Shown: positions 22,925 through 35,214, counted from the first letter of the whole stretch. The stretch: DNA of 63,899 nt, filler included, from Perkinsus chesapeaki ATCC PRA-425 (GCA_013115145.1; 3 parts of 3 records of this genome joined end to end with filler, not necessarily neighbours in it), one strand, 5' to 3'. Made by a program: numbers and translations. Notes: generated by a model not told the origin, from the sequence alone.

Positions 22925-23191
22925 GCACAAGAATAATAATAGAGGAGAACTGTCAGATTCGGATTGAAGAAATACTGTACAATTCCGAACCGTGGAAGGC
23001 TTTCAATTTAACACTGACAAGGGAAACAGATGCAGGCAGTTGTGTCGAGTAAGGGTGTGAGCAATACGCCAACGCGGAGGTAAGACATGAAGTGATTGAC
23101 CAGCTTAACAAGACACTTTTCATTAAAGCACACAAACAACGGAAAACACCAAGGAGTGTTCTGAAATATACAATGATAAAAAATCGTAATA

Positions 23192-25900
23192 TCAATTCTT
23201 TGCTGTTGCATTGCCATCGTTATCATCGGCCAACGGCGTGGCTGGCTCTTCAGGAGGTGTAAGACATATCGAAGTCGTCTCTTCCAGCACTTGATCGTTG
23301 GAAACTACTTGATCAACTTTCTCTGCTTTGAAGCCTTCTTCAATACCAGCATGCTTCAGTACAACCTGGGCATGCCGGTACCTGGAACCAACCACCGTCG
23401 GCAAGCCACGATGATTCCGACCCTACAAAGACTCTATTCTTTCCCCTTCAAGCCTGAACGTTTCAACGTCAACTCGAACCTTCAACGGTTGGACGAAATC
23501 AATGGCAGCCTGGCGGCACGCTGAAAGCCTTTGGTAATCTGCAGCCAGCTGCGAGCGTATCTGCGAAGTGGGACGAATCGTGTTTAAATATCCGTTAACC
23601 TTCGTCAACACAGATCTTAATTTCCCAGCTGCGTCTTCGCCATGTGAAATAATTAAGTAAAATGCGCAAATCCGCCCTTGTTTGTGAAATTTTCCTCAAA
23701 ATTCCCATCTTTTCACCACTGGGATCAATTAAGTCTACCGACCCCCAGTAGGCACAAGCCTCCTCCCCCCGACTGACCTGTTTAATTTGGTCAAGCGTTG
23801 CCTCGCTGGTCCTTGCCGTATATGAATTCAGAACGCTGGAGCTGGTAATTGCAGAGTCGAAGCCTGTCAGAGCTGCTGCGGAGGTGTACCTAAGGATTGA
23901 GAGGAGTGAGAATATGAATTGGGCCGCAACATGACCATTCAGATCAACCAGCAATCGATAGGGGAGGGTATCGGATACTTTCCGGTGGCATTCGAATCTT
24001 CTAAAAGCTTGGAGATAGCTTCCTTATTAAGAGGCGTCAACAAGGACGAAGTATGTAGAAAAATGAACAACAAGATTATACTGGAGGCCTAGAAGAGTGC
24101 AAAAATTATCGATGTTCCCCGAGAGAAAGTTGCTGAATGTAGGAAAGCCAAGACGCTCGCCTCACCCCGCCAGCATGCCCGTATTTCCACGTTCGAGTGT
24201 CTCCTTCTGTTGTGCAAGTTTTTTAACATTCTCCGAAATGTTTGTCATTCGGTCCTCAATGAACCTCAAGTGCTCACGACACGTACCGATATACCTGAAC
24301 GATCACGAAAAGGTCCGAAATGAAATGTGTTGGTGAGATGCGAGAATGTTAAAGGAGGAAGAGCAATATGTTATGGCATCCAAATGAGATATTTTCAGAG
24401 ATTCTCACAGCAGACCGCCTCACTCTCCGAGCTGGCCCCAAGGCCGATCGACTCTTCAGAAGCTCTCCCGAATCCCCGCTCATGGTCGAGACTGGAAAGC
24501 ACTGTTTTGCTCAAACACTCACGCTTGAGAAATCTGCGACAACTTCTTCTTCATTTCGACACCCATCTTTTCATCAGTCTCGGCAACCACCCTCTTTGAA
24601 TTCCCCGCCAGCTCAACAATTTTGTCGAATCGCTTTTGCAGCCTTCCATATTTGTTCTCGGCCTCCTCGGCGGCTCTGATCGATTGCTGATAGGACTGCC
24701 TCGTGTCGCCCAAACTCTGACGATAAGTCTTCCGCAAAGCTGCACTTGAGCGGTTCACCTTCCTGACGCTGTCCTCCCGTTGCATACACAGCACCTGCTG
24801 CCGTTGAGCTTCAACCAGGTCCTCCGAAATCTTCTCGAGTTCGAGCCGCAACTTCATTTTCTTCGCCTACCAGAAAAATGCCCTGAAATTCCTTCACCAA
24901 ACCACTTCAAAAAGCGCACGCAGCAGTGATGAAAGATGCGAAATTTTTCCCGGGATTTTTCGGAAATTTCTCAAATTTCCCAACCAATTTATGCAACTAA
25001 CGTAGGAGTTAGAGCACGCGCAATTTAGAGAGAAAGGAAGTCCTCAACCGGACTGAAATTTCCACGGAAGAGTCGGATGAGTGTATCATCCGGAAAGCCT
25101 ATTCGCGCAGATGAAGATACCTCCAGGGCGGCAATGCGGGCGTCTATCTCCTTTCGATCGGTCATCATGGCGTTCATCTGTTCTTCGACTCTCTTCTCCT
25201 GGCAGTTCAGACCACTGGCGTCCCTTGCCTGAAACGATTACTATTCACCGACACCCGCCGATGGAGATCGACCGGGATTTTGCGAAATCTCGTCGCTCCC
25301 TTCTCCGCAAAGATACGTAGGCGAAGCCGTGTTCCAAACCAAGCCGAGGTTAATGACAACTCACCTGAGTGTCCCTCTGGCCGTTTGCCATAAGCGCCGC
25401 TTTTTGAGAGGATGCCACGGCAGATTTAGTCTGAAAATTATTGCGTCCAATGGCCAGAAAAAGCTCCGAAAAACATCTCACCATCTTATCGCATTCACTG
25501 GCGATAATATCCTCATGTGCTTCTCGACATTTAATTGATGAGCTCGCGTGGTCTCGAATTCGGCCCCACAAAGCCACCAAGTTCTCCGACTGACCGAGTC
25601 GAGCGTCGAACCACCTGTTAGAGAGTGCCAGTGGCAAGTGATACAATTGTGTTACTTGTCCCAATCGTTATCCTGCGGTCTTTTGTTCATCGCTACCATC
25701 AGCTCTTGGCGCCGATAATCGGCCTCTATCTGATCAAAATACCCTTGCCCCGGTTCGAACTCGAGTCTCATTCGGTGATGCCACTTTGTGGCAGAAGTGG
25801 GATCTTCAGCATTATCGGATTCCGTAGCGATCAATTGTATCGCGCAGAGTAGAGAACTTCGGATGCGGACACTCCAACATACAAAATAGTAATATCGATC
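23192..25900 (-). CDS. Multi-exon coiled-coil protein of unknown function (limits approximate)
   Basis: Heptad-like exons (KRVEEQMNAMMTDRKEIDARIAALE; AKKMKLRLELEKISEDLVEAQRQ..LQKRFDKIVELA) are bounded by AG/GT. Further minus-strand ORFs run to 23192. Could be more than one gene. Confidence 0.45.
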
Positions 25901-25999
25901 AACCGTTTCATATACTAACGCATGAACCCCATAGAAGGTTCAATCAGACCGAACCTCAGATCGAAGCGGAACTGGATGAGGAAGATATACGCTCGCTAA

Positions 26000-26657
26000 T
26001 AACCGTTACCAACATGTCGACTATTTCCAATAAAAAAGTGAAATTTCGAGGAAAATTTACACGAAATTCCAGAAGTCGGAAATTTCAGGAAATTGTTCAA
26101 TTGAATTCTCTGTCGTGGATCAGTTGCCATTCGTACCCCATTCCTTTTCATCTCGCTCGCCAGCCAGGAAGCATTCCAGTCCTTCTTCAAACAGTGGGAT
26201 AAAATATTAAGCGACCTGCGCCACGAAATCGCCGCAACTTTCCACAATATCTCCTCACCAGACGCATGCATCTCCTCCCTCCTTAGCTTTCTTAAACGCC
26301 TCAACCGCAGGCGTTCGACTCGGACTAGCAGCTGCTCCAGCAGGTTCACTGGGCTCCGATGCTGCTAGATACTCAGGGCTCGTGGACAGTATATGGGCGA
26401 CCACGGGAACCCAGACCTCAGAGTCGCCGTCGAGGAGCTCTAAGGAAAATACAGCTGGGACGGGAGTCATTCGAACACTTACTTGAAAGGAGACTAAACA
26501 ACAGACCAGCTGCCTCCCCCTCCATGTCCGCTGCTGCCTCCTCCAGTGTCCTTTCCTTCACCACACGAACGTCACTTTCAGAGGCGGAGTCTGCCAGGTA
26601 ATACTCAACCATAGCGGTCAATATGTCGCTTACCAGATCCAACTTCTGTGGAGCCAT
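26000..26657 (-). CDS. Hypothetical protein, multi-exon
   Basis: MAPQKLDLVSDILTAMVEYYL..LLFSLLS splices (gtaagt..cag) into TVFSLELLDGDSEVWVPVVAHIL. No family recognised. Confidence 0.35.
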
Positions 26658-27294
26658 TCGCCACTGAGGGCGATGCTGTCTGAGGTGGCCAATTTTTCAC
26701 TAAGTATACATTGGTCCAAATTAAAGTGGCAAGCCACCTACATATGCCGGTCGCAATTGTGGTAGATATTCGCGGACCCGAAGTGACCTTCACCGATGAA
26801 CAGAGGGTCTCCTCTAGTGCACGAGATCTCAGCAGCACCTGCGATGATCTTGATAAGCTAGCAGAAGGACATGTATGATGAAGCGGTAGTTAGCCAGCAA
26901 CCACGGATGGATAATCGCAAATTTCATCAGAAGGGGAACGATCGGTCACTTCAACTCGAACGCACACACGGAGAGTTCATTTGGGAATCCCAAACTGGGA
27001 TGTGTAGCATGCAAACATATGTTTAAATTGTGCACTAGCTTCATTTGATCATCCGAAATGGGTGCATGTTCATTTCGGGTTTTTGCAGGACCCGTCGTCG
27101 ACTATGAAGATAATACAGGACTGCTGGCAGCATGACTAAACTTGATCTCGTATACACCGTAATGTCAAACGCTTTTGGTAGTGTAAGTTGCACATGGCCG
27201 CAGTGTAGGTTGGTTTGTTAACCTGGTCACCAACGCATCAGATGCCATACACTGTCATCAATTAACTTTCCAGGTCGGTGCGAGTAACTATCTT

Positions 27295-27354
27295 CGTACT
27301 TTGAGTACGAGTAACGTACTTTGAGTACGAGTAACGTACTTTGAGTACGAGTAA
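27295..27354. repeat. Perfect 3 x 20 bp tandem repeat of a hairpin unit
   Basis: (cgtactttgagtacgagtaa)3. Each unit contains CGTACT-ttg-AGTACG, a 6 bp stem with a 3 nt loop. Confidence 0.9.
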
Positions 27355-27714
27355 CTAACCAGTGCTAAGTGCTAAGTGTAGCACTTGGTCCCATCACTTG
27401 GCCCAGGTATACGGAAGATGACACATACGCACCCGTAGCCCGGGTAGCTGAGATACAGGTAAACATGGCCGTCCATCAGCCTGCATTAGCAGCAGCTATG
27501 TCAGCCACCTTGGCTCTAAAATAGACTCGGTAGCGGAACCATAGACCACTTTACGCATTGCAGGCCTCAGTTCCAAATTAGAATGTATTTCAACTCTTGC
27601 AGTCGATGCGGAGGTGATCAATAAGGAGGGTACCACCATCGCCCAAGTTGGGGAGTGGTATTACTAAATCATTATAAATTTATTTCTTAATATATATTAG
27701 GAGGTATTAAATAA

Positions 27715-28391
27715 TTAGTAGCATTTCATAGAACGGCACGGCCGGAAGAAGGGAATGGCGTTCATGGAAAGCTTGAGCCAAGATGACCAAAGACGGAGAA
27801 CATCCATTGAGGTCTTTGTGAGACTGGTAGTACTGTCAGAGCCCCCCGTCGCAGAGGCATTATGAAAAAGCCCTTCTAGCGCATATCTCATTGACATCAC
27901 TCTTAATTGGTCACGTGCTATTTCGTTCTTAAGGCTCAATCTATACAATTCAGGTATTACTGAAGCAATATGAACCACCACCATAACCTACAGTCAATCA
28001 CTATCGAAGTTTGAATCAGTATTAGTATCACTTCATAAGTATCACTTATTCTGCACGTACGTGCCCCTACCTGTGTGAAATTTAGTTGCTTAGGTCTACC
28101 GAATGCCTCATCACTGGGAGTTGTCTCTATGAACATCGGAGCCAATGACCGCACGCCCTCCTGTTCATTCGGCATCAGCTGTCCTAGACTCTCCTCCGCC
28201 TGACAAAAGATCTCATACCGACTTTCCCACAAATTCATGAGATATATCTCTTCCGGGAATCGTTCTGTAAGCTTTCCCACATCACGACCACTGATGCGCA
28301 TCGAACGCCATGCAAATGGGAAGTTTTTCACGGCTGGCTGAAATATCAATATCGAAACGCTCCCAGTTGATCGAGCTTTAATTTTTTTCAT
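27715..28391 (-). CDS. Hypothetical protein (two large exons; may continue towards 26000)
   Basis: ORFs 27957-28391 and 27715-27984 are separated by a gtagg..cag intron-like stretch. Protein-like composition, no family recognised. Confidence 0.35.
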
Positions 28392-29474
28392 CGATGAGAA
28401 ATGAACAAAACGATCACCATCTGGTGAGATCGACGTGAAAATTGGTTCAACTTATCCTATCCAGCTTCATCGCTTGATCGCCACAATAAAAAATAATAAT
28501 CCCATAATAAATTCCAAGTCGTATTCTTACCTCATTAATAGATGCCAGCCACTCCCTATACAGAGCCACCAATGCCTGCACATTCCGCACCTGAGCTGCA
28601 CGGAGCTCCAATGCCTCCTGAAACCATTGAAATCAGTGACGCCGGCGTCACGTCACAAAACTTACAATCGCGGCCTCGACACTAGTTGATCCCCTTCTAA
28701 CCTGAGATACCTGGCATAGGATATTACCGCGCGCCACGAAATTATGAGACCTACTCTTTGACGTAACGTAGTGCTCTTTTCTTTAACACTTTCGAATGCG
28801 CCACGAAACCAGCTTGACATTATTCAAATAAAATAAGTGGTGTTGATTCTGTGACATAAAATATCATCATCATTATCGTGCAGATCTGCTGTGAGCCGGA
28901 AGTGCTGCAATATATGTAATCTGATCCTTTGAGTTAGTCTCTGATTCATAACTGCATTCCAAACGTTTAGAACCGTACTTGCTACTACGGCGGCGATGTG
29001 CCAAGGAACTGGAGGAGCCCGAGTCAGGAAGGCTTACACAGACCACTTGAGCTCTCCGACGAGGACTTTTTCAAGCACCGATAAGTAAGAACGTCTATCC
29101 CGAATTTTCCTCAAAATTTCGCGTTTTCCCCTCTAAAATATGTCACTTATCGCGAATCTGTACTCCACGTTTTCTTACAGAAAACCAATCAACACTTCTT
29201 TTTCCGACAGCGGAGTAGTTGAACTAGTTTTCTACCATTTTTCTGACACCTTTAGCTATCACGTGCAAGTACTTCAAGACAATCTCCTTTGTCCACACTT
29301 AGTTCCCAAATACCCAAGCTAGCAAGAAGTAGCTCACAAGGAGGACAGGAGATGATTGCTCCAGAATGCTCCGCAACACAATTTCTGTCTACTTAATTAA
29401 ATGAGCTCGACACCACTATATTCGATTGTTCAACTAATTGTGGAGAGAATGGTACGAAACTGCAGAGCAATAAA

Positions 29475-30618
29475 TCAATCGTCGAGTAGCCTCTGAGTAA
29501 GGTGACCTGTTACACTAGTGGCCATTTGGCGACCATAGGGAATGTAGGACAGAGCGTACCAGAGTATCGCGAAAAACTGGACAATAACAGAGATAAGGAT
29601 CAGCACTCGATGGTGAGGTGAATGAAAACACGTATAAAGAGTTGTGAACATCGCGAGGAGGTATCTGAGAAGATTCAAAATGAATATCTTCAATGTGCAT
29701 CCTAGGTAGGCAAATTGAGGCGTTTGGAATGGGGACAGTTTTTGTGTCGCGCAAAATGGCGAATCAATGCGTAGTATTTCGTAATTATTAATCGGGGGGC
29801 TAAACGTGAGTTATATCTATTATAAAGCTAACAAAGCATGGACCTCTGCTCATCGAAAGCCATTTCCCACTTGATCTATCCTTCATCAGCATTACTTCTA
29901 CTAGTGAGATATTATATATGCGCTCGCCCAGCTAATACGGTGAGAAACCCAAATCATTCCATACTGTGCAAAATTAGGATACCAACCCGCCCGACCTTCC
30001 TTGCAGTGGAGGTCGCATTATTACATCCCAGCAGCTATCGCTCTAGTGTCCTTAAACATGTTCTTTATCTGCCTTATTGGTCCCACTAGAAACATGGTAG
30101 ATAACAGCTCCAATACATTACCAAATGTGTACCTAAATAGAAAAGGATTTCACAAAATGTCATGTCACGGACGGGGAGCAAGCATGCTAATCCACTATAT
30201 ATCATCAATGAAAGTGATAGTGACAGACCAACACGTTTAGGACGGTCCTAGTGGTATGGTATACAAATTTTGACATACTTATAATATTAATATAATGAAT
30301 ATCAGTGAAAGTAGAGGTGGAGAACGTGGCAATTACATGACTGTGAAATACGGAGCGTGGATTACTATGTATCATATGACAGAGCGAGCGACTTCATTTG
30401 GGGAGCCCCGGCAGTCCACTAATCATATCATTTATTAAATATAAATAAGGATCCCGCCTGGATCAATAGCAAACTGATAATCATGATAATAATGTAAATA
30501 GGCTGACTTACGTTATTGCGAACCTAGCAGGCTTTCCCAATAGGAGCAACGTGAATGATCCAAAGGACCCTATTGTAAGGAGCACTCCAAGTCCGAAGCA
30601 ACATGCCCATCCTATCAC
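29475..30618 (-). CDS. SFT2: SFT2/Got1-family Golgi vesicle transport protein, 5' end not found
   Basis: Exons VIGWACCFGLGVLLTIGSF..GKPARFAIT | YTFGNVLELLSTMFLVGPIRQIKNMFKDTRAIA | ..QFFAILWYALSYIPYGRQM match the SFT2 signature. Confidence 0.85.
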
Positions 30619-30898
30619 CTGAAACAGGGCTTATAAGGTAGTGAATATTAAACGGGTCAGAGGATTCAAGTTGATATTAACATAGGAAATATGATACATC
30701 AGTGCTGTTGCATTTAATATAATCAACAGTGGTAGGTCAACAGATTATGATGTATTGGTTTTTCACGAACGACTATATTCTCATATAAAACTACTAGTAA
30801 CGCTACTGTCTCTTATCCGGGTACTGCTGGTGTGGGATTCACGATTCAATAACGTGAGCTATAGTGAGCAATCCTCATTGAGGATACTAGTTGGAAGA

Positions 30899-31007
30899 TT
30901 TATATATTATTTTTATATCATTACATTTATACAGTATTTTCATATCATTACATTTATATATTATTTTTATATCATTACATTTATATATTATTTTTATATC
31001 ATTACAT
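30899..31007. repeat. 27 bp AT-rich minisatellite, 4 copies, running into the contig end
   Basis: Unit tttatatattatttttatatcattaca; the second copy carries substitutions. Confidence 0.9.
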
Positions 31008-31107
31008 NNNNNNNNNNNNNNNNNNNNNNNNNNNNNNNNNNNNNNNNNNNNTTAATTAATTAANNNNNNNNNNNNNNNNNNNNNNNNNNNNNNNNNNNNN
31101 NNNNNNN
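31008..31107. other. Assembly gap / contig linker
   Basis: N run with central TTAATTAATTAA (stop codons in all six frames) at 31052-31063. An identical construct is at 62719-62818. Confidence 0.95.

Positions 31108-31180
<73 letters not shown>
31108..31180. repeat. (TAA)n microsatellite at contig start
   Basis: About 24 perfect TAA units. Confidence 0.95.
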
Positions 31181-31986
31181 CTTCCACCAGCCGCACCATA
31201 TTTATCACGATATTGTTTGTTTGTGAGTGATACGTGACAAAATGGAATGTTTTTGAAATCGAGGGGCAACGCCTCCAAGTGACTTGTCGTGAAGCTACGG
31301 TTCGAGCGGAGTTAATACAAGCATTAGCACAGTTCGGGGAGTCTGTAGGGTTGTATGATCAATACTCTGTCTGGAATCTTTTGTCAAATAAAAACACGGC
31401 CTCCACGAATCGAACCTGGGACGCGCTGTTGTTCGAGCACACGGAATCCTGCTAAACTAGCCTTCTCGTAGTAAACTGACTGTACACGTATAAAGCCAAT
31501 GCCTAGCACGCGTGACAGAACTGTTGCTGTCACAACACTGCTATCCTATGTTGTCAGAATTACTATCGCGTCTGGATTTGTCAACTTTAACTCAACTGTT
31601 GGATAAACCTGGTTCGATATATACTTCTTGCCAATGTTAATGTCATATTCATGTTTCGTGTCTATTGTCGACAACGAGGTTGTCAAGAATAGGGTGTTGA
31701 CCTCGTAGGGCGAGCGCTACTTGTCACTTTGTAAAATCGACAACCTTGAATGTTGTTCAGAGGTACATATTTGCGCTTTAGTCTACTCCTAGCATTATTT
31801 ATTTCGTCAACGTAAGGTGCACTGCTAGTTTCGACTACGATTTCCGGTCAACTCGTGTTGTCCAAATTCTATGCAGCCAAATGAACATGCGCGTTGAAAA
31901 GCGCGCGCCCGAGCTTCGGAAGGCTTCTGAATTTGATTCTAACTTCCTTCTATTGACCTGTGTTCACTCTACTGTCTTTCCTGACT

Positions 31987-33305
31987 ATGCCCTGTGGATC
32001 ATCTTCTAACTGTTGTGGTAAGAATGAGGACTGTTGCGGCGGTAAGAAGGTGGCCGAACAAGCTGAGTCCACTGATAGTGAGTGCTGTGGAGAGAACTGT
32101 CAATGCTGCGGCTTTGATCGTCCTGAGATGAGTAAGATTCCATTGAGGTTACTTCGCGAGCCTCCTGTCGGTATATGCCTGAAGGTGCTACAGAAACGAC
32201 GCATGCTCTCTCACTTTCATAGGATGCATGAAATAAACTGTTCCAGCTAGGCGTTGCTTATGAGCTCTAAAATATCCTTTAGATACCGAAACCGTCTTAG
32301 GAGCCATGAAAAAGCTCGCGGGACAGGCCTACGTTATTTACGGCTCTCACACTACCTGGCCGAGCGACGCCAACACTATGGACGATAAACTGAAGGTACT
32401 ACTGTGCAAGATACTTTTTAGGTTAACTTGATGCCTTTAGGAAATGGTTGATACTCTTCGTAAGCCTTTGCCGAAGAACTTCCCTGTCGTTGTGGCTGAA
32501 GGCATTCCCGGTGAAGATCAAGAAGGAGATATGGTAATAATAGTTTTCAAGGCCTGCGCTATTAGATCGTCAAACTATTAGTTACTATTCCCCATGGGCC
32601 TACGCATTCCCGCGGGCTCGGATCTCACCAAACTCGAAGTCAAAAAGACTAAGGACCTAGCCGAGGTTTCCCATCCAGATGCCGTACCTCTGCCTGCTAA
32701 ATCGAGGTACGTAAACCACCACATGTTGCTTGTCATTGGGGACATTTCAGGCATATCTTTGTGTGCGCCCATGGTAATCGCGATAAGCGTTGTGGTCGCT
32801 GTGGGCCGGAGCTGGCGGAGTGTATAGAAAAGTTGCAGGACTCGAGGACCCATGTGAGGAAATGCAGCCATATTGGCGGCCACAAGTTCGCTGGAAATGT
32901 AGTAATGGTTAGGAGGGAAATGATGGTGATGATTTTTGTCGTTGTGTAGTTGATTGTATACGACTTAAAGTTCTCCGATCCTGGTGATTGGTATGGTTAT
33001 GTTACACCAAGTAACCTTAATAAGATATTAAAACATAGTGAGAGGAAGGCATTCACGTCTGGTGTAATAATATATAATATATATAATTATTATTAATTAT
33101 TATTTAGATTTATCAATCCCATTGGCGTGGACGTACTGGTATGTCTAAAGATGAATGTATTAATTATGCATCATATCAGAGACAACATCATCGTATTAAT
33201 ATTGCCATCGGTGGTGTTGCATTAACTGCTACATTAGCCGCTCTAGCTGCCTTTGTATTTAAGGGTAAAGATACCCCCAATAAGGTAGCGGCCAACTCAA
33301 GCTAA
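31987..33305 (+). CDS. Sucrase/ferredoxin-like (Apd1/Aim32 thioredoxin-like 2Fe-2S) protein with Cys-rich N-terminus and C-terminal membrane anchor
   Basis: CAHGNRDKRCGRCGP...CSHIGGHKFAGNV..GDWYGYVTP is the family signature. N-terminus MPCGSSSNCCGKNEDCC..ECCGENCQCCG; last exon INIAIGGVALTATLAALAAFVFKGK..SS*. Confidence 0.85.
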
Positions 33306-33557
33306 TAATGAGTAGCAAGGCTGTTACGCCATGTATCCTATCTCGCGCAAGTTCTCCCGAGTAACCAGTGATGACGGTAGTCTCTAGAGGAGCCCTTAAT
33401 AGCTCATCAGTTCCTATGCTAGCCAGTATGGCTTTGTAACGGTAGTTTGCTGTTCAAAAGATTATTCTGCAGAACCTTGAGGAGCGTTGAGTTGCTGTTA
33501 GTTTCACCATACCGTAGCCGCCTCCCCGTTGCAGTTGTTATGGTCCTAACTAAGCTC

Positions 33558-35214
33558 ATGCAACAAGGGCGATTTGGTGGCGATGAGAACTCCAGGTCGA
33601 ATCTTCGCAAAACTCTCCGAAAATTCGTTTCAGGATCGTCGCTAATCGAGCGGACGTCCAACAACCGCCTTTAAAAAGGCGCAAGACAATTACGAGGTGA
33701 GAGGGCTCCTTTGGCTCGAGGACTGGCTTGCTCAGTAACGTTGGCACTGAGAGCTCTGGGAGGGTCTTTTACAGCGGGCTGCCGGCCGTGGGGAAGAGCC
33801 CTTTCGGTAGTACTAGGGGTGGTTTGGGGGGTTCAAGTCCTTGCAGAAAATTTTGATGATTTTGTGACGCCTGACCGAAAGCCCGGCAGTGGTATGCAGT
33901 GCGTTTTCTGGGAAGGCAGGGCCCAGTCTAGCAGAGGGCTGCAGACTGTATTGAAGGAGTTTAAAAATATTGATTGGAAGGTCAATTTGAAGCCTTGGGA
34001 CAGGAAGGTCGCCGGAGACGCTCAGTAGGGTGGACAGGTCATCGGAGCAACAATATGCTTACAGGTACTGCGCAGAGCTGGCTGATGAGATCTATCACAA
34101 CCTGTTTAAGTTCGACGCTTCGTACTTGTCCCTTGCAGATGGCATGCTTGATCCTAAGTAACAGTAGCTGCCTTATAGGTGTAACTTTGATAGGTACCTC
34201 GACAAACGGGGGTATAGGATAACCCCGCGGATGAGGGCCATGCTGGTCGATTGGCTGGTAGAAGTCCTCCTGAAGTGGCGGATTACCGACGAGGCTCTTC
34301 ATCTCTGCATCTCCCTATTAGACCGGTACGGGTTGACCAACGCTCAAGTGCTGGTAGTACTTTTGCCAGTTTCCTGTCAAACTCGGACAGCCCCATCGAG
34401 GTGGCCAAACTTCAGCTCGTCGGGGTGTGCTGTGCCATGATAGCAAGTAGTGTAGTTGTCCCTACCGCTAGCACCATCTCGGTTGCCTCAGGCAAGCTCC
34501 AGAACCCCTTCTCGCCAGAGATAGAATCCTTAATGAGGATCTGTGACGGAGCGTAGGCGTCACGGAAGTGTCAGTGGGAACCTCCATGATAGATATGAAG
34601 TTTGCGAAATCGAGCAGATGGAGCACGTTATATTGCGGACACTAGACTACCGCTTGGACCTTCCAACGGCATGGACCTATCTCGCCCGGTGGTGCCAGGT
34701 TAGTCGTGGTGGAGTATCTTTGGTCGGAGCGCGCTTTAGGTATTTGGCCTCCGAAAGCACTACCGTGAGATCGCAGCGTATCTTTTGGATCTCACTCTCC
34801 TCGAATATGAGGCGCTGAAGTGATGGCTTCCACCCACAGTAAGGCTTGGAGCTTCGATTTAGGTACCGACCAGCGGTGCTTGCTTTGGCGTGTACATGGG
34901 TTGTCGTTCGGATGAAAAGGGACCGCAAGAAGCATCGGGTGGCTGGGGCAACTCTGGTAGGTTGCTGTAGGCTCCTGGCCAAAATACGATATTATATTAT
35001 CCCACTTTTAATTGCGTACTGCTATTCCCTATTGGGGTGTTACTGCAAGAATCTTATCTCGGTGTTAAATGCACGCTCGTTTCAGGAAGAGGAGAATGTG
35101 CTTGAGGATCTTGGGATCTCATCTAAAGAACGTAAACCTATCGCTGCCATCTGCATCTGTCGAGTGATTCAACTTGGTTCTCAGTCGACGCAACCGCTCA
35201 TTTCATCACAGTAA
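33558..35214 (+). CDS. A/B-type cyclin, multi-exon
   Basis: Cyclin box MRAMLVDWLVEV..EALHLCISLLDR, KLQLVGVCCAMIAS, MEHVILRTLDYRLDLPT and RYRPAVLALAC. Start approximate. Confidence 0.85.

Larger units (their letters stand above)
19090..23029 (-). repeat. Right arm of the inverted duplication (partner ~4349-8160)
   Basis: Reverse complement of the left arm with scattered substitutions and small indels, e.g. a 9 bp in-frame gat-repeat expansion at ~21250. About 170 bp at ~19180-19350 differs from the left arm. Confidence 0.95.

Noticed and set aside
4349-23029. Polinton/Maverick, endogenous virus or giant TIR transposon
   Set aside because: No protein-primed polymerase, integrase, capsid or packaging ATPase in the spacer. 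No TSD at the outer ends, and the spacer genes include ordinary intron-rich host genes.
27085-27120. IFIVDDGS, a GT2-like motif on the minus strand
   Set aside because: The frame closes four codons later and no other GT2 motifs could be linked by plausible splicing.
27295-27354. CRISPR-like array
   Set aside because: The repeats are directly adjacent with no spacers, the context is eukaryotic, and there are no cas genes.
31008-31107. TTAATTAATTAA motif and poly-L/X ORFs around the gaps
   Set aside because: Artificial six-frame-stop linker. Adjacency of sequence across 31008-31107 and 62719-62818 should not be interpreted.
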